Shown here: positions 7,224 to 15,322 of the stretch, piece after piece | Numbering within the stretch: the stretch's first letter is position 1 | How the letters are laid out: every line of letters starts with the position of its first letter | From: an uncultured virus (IMG/VR IMGVR_UViG_3300042475_003078) | Lineage: Duplodnaviria > Heunggongvirae > Uroviricota > Caudoviricetes | DNA length: 20,000 bases | IMG/VR virus record: IMGVR_UViG_3300042475_003078 | Reading direction: 5' to 3' (one strand) | The notes under the pieces: generated by a model | Seen by the model: the letters and a program-made list of their open reading frames with translations, nothing else | Database searches by the model: none | What the model was told of the DNA's origin: nothing | Program-made: the position numbers and the translations under genes

Positions 7224-8522
7224 GGAAAAAGTTACGCAATCTTAGCTGACCCATTACGTTACATCTCTCATCCGCAGTTTTCAGGGCTTCTGTTGCGTCA
7301 TACAACAGAAGAACTAAGAGAACTCATCTGGAAAAGCCAAGAACTCTACCCAAAAATCATTCCAGGTATTGTTTGGAGTGAGAGAAAGATGCAATGGGTG
7401 TCGCCAAGTGGTGGCAGATTGTGGATGTCATACCTCGATAGAGACGAAGACGTTCTTAGATATCAGGGTTTGAGCTTCGTTTGGGTTGGTTTTGACGAAC
7501 TCAGCCAATGGTCTACGCCTTTTGCGTGGAACTATATGCGTTCTCGCCTCAGAACAGCAGCGTCTGACCTGCCTGTTTACATGAGAGCAACGACTAACCC
7601 AGGCAATGCTGGTCATGGGTGGGTTAAGAAGATGTTCATTGACCCTGCACCACCTGGTCAAGCCTTCTGGGCAACAGACATTGACACTGGTGAAGTGTTA
7701 CGTTACCCCAAAGGACACAGCAAAGAAGGTCTGCCGTTGTTTAAGCGGCGTTTCATCCCTTCAAGACTCTCTGACAACCCCTATCTTGCTGCCTCAGGCG
7801 ACTACGAAACCATGTTGTTGTCGCTTCCGGAGCAACAACGTCGTCAACTTCTTGATGGTGACTGGGATGTTGCTGAAGGTGCCGCGTTTCCTGAGTTTAA
7901 GAGAAGCGTTCATGTCGTTGATTCCTATGACATTCCTCATGATTGGCCTAGATTTAGAGCCTGTGACTACGGATATGGAAGCTGGTCTGCTGTTTTGTGG
8001 TTTGCTGTAGCCCCAGATGAGTCATTAGTGGTATATAGAGAGCTATATGTCACTAAAGTGCTTGCAGAAGACTTGGCAGAGATGGTGTTGAACGCTGAAG
8101 ACGGTGAAAAGATACGTTATGGTGTTCTAGACAGCTCTACATGGCATAAAAGAGGCGACACAGGCCCTTCCATTGCTGAAAGAATGATAATGAAGGGGTG
8201 TCGTTGGCGTCCTTCTGACAGAAGTGCTGGTAGTAGAGTGTCTGGTAAGAACGAAATACATAGACGTCTTCAGATAGATTCCTTCACAGAGCGTCCGCGT
8301 ATTGTCTTTTTCAGCAACTGTGTTAAAACTATTGCTGAACTACCAACAATACCTCTAGATAAGAAGAATCCAGAGGACATTGACACCAACATCAACTTTG
8401 ATCACGGATATGACGCATTGAGATATGGTGTAATGTCAAGACCGAGGAGTAAAAACATCTTTGACACTAATACATCGGGGCAGAGCGGCTTCGCTCCAGC
8501 ATCGAAAGTTTTTGGATACTAG
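7224..8522 (+). CDS. terL: Terminase large subunit, exon 2
   Basis: GKSYAILADPLRY; Walker B VGFDE; motif III ATTNPG; nuclease acidic motifs ACDYG and DHGYDALRY. Confidence 0.96.
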   Translation, partial: GKSYAILADPLRYISHPQFSGLLLRHTTEELRELIWKSQELYPKIIPGIVWSERKMQWVSPSGGRLWMSYLDRDEDVLRYQGLSFVWVGFDELSQWSTPFAWNYMRSRLRTAASDLPVYMRATTNPGNAGHGWVKKMFIDPAPPGQAFWATDIDTGEVLRYPKGHSKEGLPLFKRRFIPSRLSDNPYLAASGDYETMLLSLPEQQRRQLLDGDWDVAEGAAFPEFKRSVHVVDSYDIPHDWPRFRACDYGYGSWSAVLWFAVAPDESLVVYRELYVTKVLAEDLAEMVLNAEDGEKIRYGVLDSSTWHKRGDTGPSIAERMIMKGCRWRPSDRSAGSRVSGKNEIHRRLQIDSFTERPRIVFFSNCVKTIAELPTIPLDKKNPEDIDTNINFDHGYDALRYGVMSRPRSKNIFDTNTSGQSGFAPASKVFGY

Positions 8523-8528
8523 GACACT

Positions 8529-10649
8529 ATGGCAAAAAACATCGACACACCCTTCACTGACGACAAAGCCATTGGCTTGCCTGACAGCACTGATGCTGTT
8601 CAGGACACATTCAAGCCTACAACGCTGGCCCGTCACATTGAAGAGCGCTTTCAGCGTTCTAAGACGGCTCGTCGCTTTGATGAAGAGCGTTGGTTGCGTG
8701 CCTATACCAACTACAGAGGCATCTATGGTCCTGACACCAAGTTCACTGAAGCAGAGAAGAGCCGTGTCTTCCTCAAGATTACGAAGGTAAAGACTCTGGC
8801 AGCATACGGACAAATCACCGAGGTGCTGCTGGCTAACAACAGCTTCCCATTGTCTGTAGAGCCTACAACGCTGCCAGAAGGCGTTGCAGAGCACGTTCAC
8901 ATTGACACCAACCCCCAGGCTGCACAAGGCCAACAAAGCGCTCCTGAGCCCGATTTAGGGGCTCTGTTTGGCTATAAGGGAGACGGCAAAGAGCTTCCTC
9001 CTGGTGCAACCCCACAGAGCCTTATGGAGCGTCTTGGTCCTCTGAAGCAATCGCTTGAGGGCTTGGATGTCAAGGAAGGGGCAGGACAGACACCAACCTC
9101 CATCACCTTCAGCCCTGCAATGGTAGCGGCTAAGAAGATGGAGAAGAAGATTAAGGACCAGCTTGAGGAGAGCGGTGCCAGCAAGCATCTGCGTGCTACA
9201 GCGTTTGAAATGGCGCTGTTTGGTACAGGTGTTATGAAAGGCCCCTTTGCTGTAGACAAAGAATATCCCAAGTGGAACACTGATGGTGGCTATGAACCCA
9301 TCATCAAAACCATGCCGCAGACGTCTCATGTCAGCATATTCAATAGCTATCCTGATCCAGATGCTACCAACATGGACGAATGCGGCTACTTTATCGAGCG
9401 TCACAAGCTGAGTAAGTCTCAGTTGTTAGCTCTAAAGAAGCGTCCAATGTTCCGTAACAAAGTCATTGACAACCTCATTAACGAAGGGCCTAATTACATC
9501 AAAGAATGGTGGGAAGACGATCTCAATGACTATTCTCCCGTTGCTGAAGTGGAACGATGGGAAGTGTTGGAGTTTTGGGGCTCTGTTGATGTTGAGATGT
9601 TGGAAGAGAACGACATTGATGTTCCCAAGGAATTGAAGGACGCTGTCGAAGTTCAAGCCAACATCTGGTATAGCCAAGGCAAGGTGATCAGGCTTGTCAT
9701 CAATCCGTTCAAGCCTGCCCGCATTCCCTACTATGCTGTGCCATATGAACTCAATCCATACTCGTTCTTTGGCGTTGGTGTTGCTGAGAACATGGACGAT
9801 AGTCAGACGCTGATGAATGGCTTCATGAGGTTGGCTGTGGACAATGCTGTGCTGTCTGGCAATCTGGTGCTGGAGGTGGACGAGACCAACCTTGTGCCCG
9901 GCCAAGACCTCACTGTATATCCAGGTAAGGTGTTCCGTCGTCAAGGCGGTGCTCCAGGTCAAGCCATCTTCGGAACACAGTTTCCTAACGTAGCTGCTCA
10001 AAACCTGCAACTGTTTGATAAGGCTCGTGTTTTAGCTGATGAGTCAACAGGATTGCCTTCGTTTGCACACGGACAAACTGGTGTCTCTGGTGTTGGTAGA
10101 ACAGCCTCTGGCATCTCTATGTTGATGTCTGCTGCAAGTGGCAGCATCAAGACAGTGATTAAGAACGTTGATGACTATCTGCTGCGTCCGTTGGGTGAGT
10201 CCTTCTTCGCCTTCAACATGCAGTTTGACCCTACGCCGGATATTGTTGGTGATCTTGAGGTGAAGGCACGGGGAACGGAATCGCTTCTAGCTAATGAGGT
10301 CAGAAGTCAACGTCTGCTTCAGTTCTTGCAAGTGGTGCAGAACCCCATCCTTGCTCCCTTTGCCAAGTTCCCCTACATCGTCAGAGAAATTGCTAAAGCT
10401 ATGGATTTGGACCCTGACTTGGTGTCTAACAACATGGACGAGGCGGCTAAGCAAGCCTTTATTCTTCAGAAGATGAACCCGCCTGCACCGTCGGCTCAAC
10501 AGGCTCCAGCAGCGGGTGGTGGCGCTCCTCCGCCGTCTGACATGACAGGTGGGGGTGGTGGCAACATTGGTGTTGGTGCTGCTGCTACACCGGGTGAACA
10601 AGGCTTTAGCGCTGCTCCTGCGTCTCCCACAATGGGAGCACCTCAGTGA
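8529..10649 (+). CDS. Portal (head-tail connector) protein
   Basis: 706 aa directly after terL; LFGTGVMKGP, YPDPDA, FFGVGVAE and RTASGISML motifs of podovirus-type portals; low-complexity C-terminal tail. Confidence 0.92.
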   Translation: MAKNIDTPFTDDKAIGLPDSTDAVQDTFKPTTLARHIEERFQRSKTARRFDEERWLRAYTNYRGIYGPDTKFTEAEKSRVFLKITKVKTLAAYGQITEVLLANNSFPLSVEPTTLPEGVAEHVHIDTNPQAAQGQQSAPEPDLGALFGYKGDGKELPPGATPQSLMERLGPLKQSLEGLDVKEGAGQTPTSITFSPAMVAAKKMEKKIKDQLEESGASKHLRATAFEMALFGTGVMKGPFAVDKEYPKWNTDGGYEPIIKTMPQTSHVSIFNSYPDPDATNMDECGYFIERHKLSKSQLLALKKRPMFRNKVIDNLINEGPNYIKEWWEDDLNDYSPVAEVERWEVLEFWGSVDVEMLEENDIDVPKELKDAVEVQANIWYSQGKVIRLVINPFKPARIPYYAVPYELNPYSFFGVGVAENMDDSQTLMNGFMRLAVDNAVLSGNLVLEVDETNLVPGQDLTVYPGKVFRRQGGAPGQAIFGTQFPNVAAQNLQLFDKARVLADESTGLPSFAHGQTGVSGVGRTASGISMLMSAASGSIKTVIKNVDDYLLRPLGESFFAFNMQFDPTPDIVGDLEVKARGTESLLANEVRSQRLLQFLQVVQNPILAPFAKFPYIVREIAKAMDLDPDLVSNNMDEAAKQAFILQKMNPPAPSAQQAPAAGGGAPPPSDMTGGGGGNIGVGAAATPGEQGFSAAPASPTMGAPQ

Positions 10650-10873
10650 CAACACCAGAAAAGCCGTGGCTTAAGAAGCTAACACGTATGACTGATACGC
10701 AGATGTGGGAAGCGTTTGACGACATGTTGAACTATTCCATTAGTCTGCAACATAAGAAGATGGAACAAAGTCATGAGCCTGTTGACATCTACAGAGCACA
10801 AGGCTTTATTCAAGCTCTCAAGCAGCTTAAGTATTTGAAGGAAGAGATACAACATGCTCAAACGCAGAAATAG
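10646..10873 (+). CDS. Small helical protein downstream of portal (75 aa)
   Basis: GTGA overlap with portal stop; IYRAQGFIQALKQLKYLKEEI motif typical of the small post-portal gene. Confidence 0.8.
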   Translation: MTTPEKPWLKKLTRMTDTQMWEAFDDMLNYSISLQHKKMEQSHEPVDIYRAQGFIQALKQLKYLKEEIQHAQTQK

Positions 10874-12077
10874 CATCCCAGGCTTCCAAGAAGGAGGCAT
10901 GAACGTCGATCCTGTCAGCGGCAACGAAGTGCCTGTCGGCTCTCTTCCTGAGGAAGTCAGGGATGACGTAGACGCTAAGCTGTCGCCAGGCGAGTTTGTT
11001 ATTCCCGCTGATGTCGTTCGCTTCATCGGACTAGAGCGTTTAATGAAGATGCGTGATGAAGCCAAGAAAGGCATTCAACGCATGACTGACATTGGTCAGA
11101 TGGGTAATGCTGATGAAGTTGGTGAAGAGTCCAACAGCACCTATGAAGACGATGGCTTTGAGAGTGAGATTGATGACATCCTCGGTGAAGTGGAAAACGA
11201 GAACAACGGCGGTGATGTCGATGATCAGATGAAGATGGCCTTTGGCGGCTATGTCGGCAGCGGCACAGACTTGTCCAAGGCTCCTAAGAATCCTGCCTTT
11301 GATGTTCGCTATTACAAGAACAAAGAAGGTGCCACGATGTTCATTACGCACATCAATGGTAAGCCTATGACGCCTATTCCTGAAGGCTTCACTGCTGTGT
11401 CGTCTGAAGAGGCTATGAAGGTTGGTTCTGCTGCTGATGAGGAGAAGAAGAAGGCAGCAACAGGAAGTGCTGCAGATCAAGGCGGCTATGACGCTTCTCA
11501 GCTTGATCCTGCTGTGGCTAAGTTCTTAGAGAATGAAACACCAGCAGAGCGTGATGCGCGTATGGGAAGAGTTAGTAAAAACATTGAGCGAATCACAGGA
11601 GCGCTTCCTTTCGTTGGCGCTGCTAAGAAGGCTTTTGAATTCTTTAAGGGACCACAACGTACTGATGAAGAAGCTGCAAGAATCCCAGAAGAAACAAGAA
11701 CACCAGGGCTTCCTTTCAACGAACAACAATCTATTGTTAGCACTGTATATAGTGCTGTACAAAATGCAGGTGTTGTTAACGATGAGATTGCAAGAAAAGC
11801 AGCTTCTAGGGTTCTTTCAGACGTTAATTCTGGTGTTGATATTAACACAGCAACAAATAAAGCTGTCGTTGAAGCACAGGCAAGACAAGACATGATTGAT
11901 AGAGAAGGTGGGGGTACTGAAAGCATTGTTGGTACTCCGGAATCAACACCAGACCCTTTCTCTGCTTCTTTTGATGGTCGAGCTGGTCCTTTTGGAGCAG
12001 CCAAAGGCGGCTTAGTAGCAAAGCGCCAATACCCTACCAAGAAAAAGAAAGGCAAAGGCATCGCTGCTTCTAAATAA
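10854..12077 (+). CDS. Uncharacterised head-module protein (407 aa) with DDVxAxLSxGEFVIPA domain and three xxxGG motifs
   Basis: GAAGGA RBS upstream; FQEGG, DDVDAKLSPGEFVIPADVVRFIG, MAFGGYV, AAKGGLV and Lys-rich tail; lies between portal and scaffold. Confidence 0.85.
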   Translation: MLKRRNSIPGFQEGGMNVDPVSGNEVPVGSLPEEVRDDVDAKLSPGEFVIPADVVRFIGLERLMKMRDEAKKGIQRMTDIGQMGNADEVGEESNSTYEDDGFESEIDDILGEVENENNGGDVDDQMKMAFGGYVGSGTDLSKAPKNPAFDVRYYKNKEGATMFITHINGKPMTPIPEGFTAVSSEEAMKVGSAADEEKKKAATGSAADQGGYDASQLDPAVAKFLENETPAERDARMGRVSKNIERITGALPFVGAAKKAFEFFKGPQRTDEEAARIPEETRTPGLPFNEQQSIVSTVYSAVQNAGVVNDEIARKAASRVLSDVNSGVDINTATNKAVVEAQARQDMIDREGGGTESIVGTPESTPDPFSASFDGRAGPFGAAKGGLVAKRQYPTKKKKGKGIAASK

Positions 12078-12198
12078 CCTACAATGGACAGGCTAGCTCT
12101 GGAGCGTCCTAACTAGCCATTAACAAAAAGACGCATTGTTGGCTACCTATTTCCCCAGCCTATGCTGGCTACAGATAGCCCCAAGTTAAGGAAAGTAT

Positions 12199-13074
12199 AT
12201 GTCTACAGAAGTTGTTATCCCTCAGACGGTTAAAGTGGCCCCATTTTCTATGCGGCGTAATACACACGAAGACCGCATCAAGAAAGATGAAGAAGAGCTT
12301 GAAGCGCTTCAGAAGCAATATGCAACAGAAGAAACAACCAAGGTTGTTGCTGCTACAGATGAAGACGGAGAAGAGCCTACATCGGCTGAAGAAAAGACAT
12401 TCAAGAAGCGCTATGGCGATCTGAGGCGTCATTCACAGAAACAACAGACAGAGCTTCAGACTCAGATTGATGAGCTTAGAAAGCAACTGGAAGCAACAAC
12501 AAAGAAGGAAATCAAGCTGCCTAAGAGCGAAGCAGAACTCAGTGCTTGGGCAGAGCAATATCCTGATGTCTACAAAATTGTAGAAACCATTGCCATCAAG
12601 AAGGCTAAGGAAACATCAAGCTCGTTAGAAGAACGGATGCGTAAAGTTGATGAGATGGAACATCAAGCTCAGCGACAAAAGGCTGAAGCAGAACTAGTAC
12701 GTCTGCATCCAGACTTCGACACCATCCGCGAAGACGATGAATTCCATAATTGGGTAGAAGAACAACCAAAGTGGGTGCAGCAGGCTCTGTATGAGAACGA
12801 CAACGATGCCAAGGCTGCGGCACGCGCTATCGATCTGTACAAGGCTGATAAGGGCATTGCCAAGGCTAAGAAGGCCGATAGTAGAGGCGCAGCTATGGCT
12901 GTCAACACACGCGCTGGTAAAACTGCACCAACTACGGAAGCGTCTGATGGAGTGATTTACGAAAGTCAAATCCAGAAGATGAATGACAAAGAGTTTGAAG
13001 CCAACATGGAAAAGATTGAAATGGCACGCAGAGCAGGCAAGATTGTCTATGACATGAGTGGCGGCGCTCGGTGA
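12199..13074 (+). CDS. Capsid scaffolding protein
   Basis: Acidic coiled-coil protein before MCP; FKKRYGDLRRH, HPDFDTIREDDEFHNW, and C-terminal IEMARRAGKI; RBS TAAGGA. Confidence 0.88.
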   Translation: MSTEVVIPQTVKVAPFSMRRNTHEDRIKKDEEELEALQKQYATEETTKVVAATDEDGEEPTSAEEKTFKKRYGDLRRHSQKQQTELQTQIDELRKQLEATTKKEIKLPKSEAELSAWAEQYPDVYKIVETIAIKKAKETSSSLEERMRKVDEMEHQAQRQKAEAELVRLHPDFDTIREDDEFHNWVEEQPKWVQQALYENDNDAKAAARAIDLYKADKGIAKAKKADSRGAAMAVNTRAGKTAPTTEASDGVIYESQIQKMNDKEFEANMEKIEMARRAGKIVYDMSGGAR

Positions 13075-13076
13075 TG

Positions 13077-13105
13077 TTGACATTGGAGTGAAATTGTGAT
13101 TTAAC
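13077..13105 (+). promoter_or_regulatory. Possible sigma70-like promoter upstream of MCP
   Basis: TTGACA 13077-13082, 17-nt spacer ending in TGA, weak -10 TTTAAC; intergenic location. Confidence 0.4.
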
Positions 13106-13304
13106 GTGGTAGCAGCATCTTCCCGTGTAACAACACCAACGAAGATGCTCTACATCTTGTGTCGTATTGAACGATGTTCGTCGTACACTCTAGGAGCTTA
13201 GCCGTTACTGAGCATGTTGCTATAGAGACATGTTTATGACCACCTAATGCAAATAGACCCGAAAGAATAAGGAGATACGTTAGCCATTATTAAGGAGAAA
13301 TCAA

Positions 13305-13591
13305 ATGGCGTTTGCATCAGCTTCGGGCTATACAAGCCTCCAAAATGGTAATTGGTCGCCAATTATCTACAGTAAAAAAGTACAACTCGCGTTTAGGAAA
13401 TCTTCGGTCGCCCAAGCGATCACCAACTCCGAATATTTCGGAGAAATCTCCAGCATGGGCGATGCAGTCCGCATCGTTAAGGAGCCTGAGGTCAGCGTGC
13501 AGGCTTATGCTCGCGGTACTCAGATCACGGCTCAAGACCTTGATGACAGCGATTTCACGCTGGTTGTCGATAAGGCCAACTACTTCGCGTT
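13305..13591 (+). CDS. Major capsid protein, exon 1
   Basis: Strong RBS TAAGGAG; NWSPIIYSKKVQLAFRK...YFGEISSMGDAVRIVKEP...VDKANYFAF; ends within the Phe codon. Confidence 0.93.
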
Positions 13592-13666
13592 TAACACTAA
13601 CAGACGCATTTGAGAGTAATCTCATCTAAATAACTGGGTGAATTGCTGGAAAACCTAAATAAAGTG

Positions 13667-13718
13667 TTGACAACTACTTCGATCATGATATACCATCGAC
13701 ATAACCGATGGGGGTCAT
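13667..13718 (+). promoter_or_regulatory. Candidate intron-internal promoter and RBS-sequestering hairpin
   Basis: TTGACA 13667-13672, 18 nt, TACCAT 13691-13696; pairings CCATCG/CGATGG (13693-13698/13706-13711) and ATGAT/GTCAT (13685-13689/13714-13718) bracket GGGGG 13710-13714. Confidence 0.55.
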
Positions 13719-14237
13719 ATGAAGAAGTGTTCCAAGTGTAAAGAAGAAAAAGAACTAAGCGAGTTTCCAAAAACCAAGACAAACAAAGACGGCTACTCTT
13801 ATCTATGCTTCCCTTGTAACAGGGAAACTTCTAGAAGATACAGACAAGAAAACTCTGAAACCTACTACAGGAATCAGAAACAAAAGAGACAAGAAGAGCC
13901 GACGTTTGTAGCACAACTCTTGTACGCAACTAAAACAAGAGCACAGAAGAAGAAGTTAGATCACACACTGACTTTTGACTTCTTGCTAAAGTTGCTAAAA
14001 GAATCAGAATACAAGTGTGCTGTAACAGGTCTTGAAATGAATCTCAAAACAGATTCTAGGAAAAAAGCTAATTTGTTTAAGTGCTCCTTAGATAGAATTG
14101 ACTCTACTAAGGGATACACTGAAGACAACGTTCAATTTGTCTGCTGGGCTGTGAACCAGATGAAAGCAGACAAAACAGAAGATGAATTAAAGTTTTGGAC
14201 AGAAACACTTTACAAGGCAATCAGCAGCCAAGCATAG
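13719..14237 (+). CDS. Intron-encoded HNH-like (beta-beta-alpha-Me) endonuclease with N-terminal Zn finger
   Basis: KKCSKC...LCFPC Zn finger; CAVTG...SLDRIDSTKGYTEDNVQFVCWAVNQMK nuclease motif. Confidence 0.88.
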   Translation: MKKCSKCKEEKELSEFPKTKTNKDGYSYLCFPCNRETSRRYRQENSETYYRNQKQKRQEEPTFVAQLLYATKTRAQKKKLDHTLTFDFLLKLLKESEYKCAVTGLEMNLKTDSRKKANLFKCSLDRIDSTKGYTEDNVQFVCWAVNQMKADKTEDELKFWTETLYKAISSQA

Positions 14238-14428
14238 ACCGAAAGGTCTTTGAAGGTTCAACGACTAGGATATACCGCCCTACGGGGAGATGAAATCCAT
14301 ACGCTCAAGTGAGCGGAAGCGCCCAGCCCCTGATAAGTCAGGGTGATGATATAGTCTACTCTGCATTGAAAAATGCAGCAGCTTGAATAAAGCGGGTAAG
14401 GATTAACGACCCTTGCTGAATATAAAGG

Positions 14429-15212
14429 TAAAGTTGACGACATCGAAGCAACTCAGTCGCACATCAATTGGATGTCTTTGGCATCTGATCGTGCTGCCTA
14501 TCGCTTGAAGGACCAGTTCGACCAAGACGTTCTCGGCTACCTCGCTGGTTATCAACAGTCTGTGTTGCATGGCAGCGCCGACACCGCCCGCACTACCTTC
14601 CCTGGTACGAAGGCTGTTTCGACTGCTGGTAACGACGAACTGCTGACGTCGATGAAGCTCATCAAGGGCTCGTTTGGCAACATCACCACTGTTAGTGCTG
14701 GTGACCACTCTGTTCCCATTGCAGCGCGTCTGCCTGGTGCTACGGCTCTGTCTACGTCGGTGGTGTCGCCGTTGATGATCATTGCTCGTATGTCGCGTCT
14801 GTTGGATCAGCAAAACGTTGACACCACTGGTCGTTGGCTTGTGGTTGATCCGGTGTTCGTTGAAGTGCTGAAGGACGAAGACAGCCGTCTTCTGAATGCA
14901 GACTTCGGTGGCTCTGGTCTGCAAAACGGTCTTCTGTTGAACAACCTGCACGGCTTCAAGGTCTATGTCAGCAACAACCTGCCGAAGGTTGGTACTGGCC
15001 CGGGCACGACAGGCACGGCTAACCAGAACACCGATTTCGGTGTCATCGTTGCCGGTCACGACAACGCTGTTGCTTCTGCTGAGCAGATCAACAAGACTGA
15101 GACCTATCGCGATCCGGACTCGTTTGCTGACATTGTGCGTGGTATGCACCTCTATGGCCGAAAAATTCTCAGAAGTGAGGCCATTACCACCTGCAAGTAC
15201 AACGTGGCCTAA
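14429..15212 (+). CDS. Major capsid protein, exon 2 (spliced product 356 aa)
   Basis: KVDDIEATQSHINW...LDQQNVDTTGRWLVVDP...GFKVYVSNNLP...SFADIVRGMHLYGRKILR motifs of HK97-fold coat proteins. Confidence 0.95.
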
Positions 15213-15322
15213 TCTTGGTTTAATGTCTAAGACGCCCGACACCTCTGCACTTTTGTGTACGTGTCGGCTTTCTGAACTAAGAAGACTAATAACCATCTCA
15301 AACAATTTGAAAGGAAACCATA

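Larger units (their letters stand above)
13592..14428 (+). ncRNA. Group I intron (IA2-like, 837 nt) in major capsid gene
   Basis: P1 GCGTTT(13587-13592)/AGACGC(13602-13607) with U13591.G13603; P AATTGCTGGAAA 13641-13652; Q AATCAGCAGCC 14219-14229; R GTTCAACGACTA 14256-14267; S ATGATATAGTCT 14346-14357; P3 13634-13640/14320-14326; terminal G14428; splicing gives YFAF-KVDDIE in frame. Confidence 0.96.

Noticed and set aside
6051..8522. terL as a pseudogene or two separate genes (track ORFs 6051..6410 and 7293..8522)
   Set aside because: A complete group I intron with correct splice sites restores a continuous frame and Walker A
12078..12140. preQ1 or SAM-II riboswitch, or a known self-cleaving ribozyme
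   Set aside because: Pseudoknot geometry only; conserved ligand-binding or catalytic nucleotides not recognised
13305..15212. MCP as two proteins, or an intein insertion
   Set aside because: In-frame stops rule out an intein; ribozyme core and exact splice junction are present
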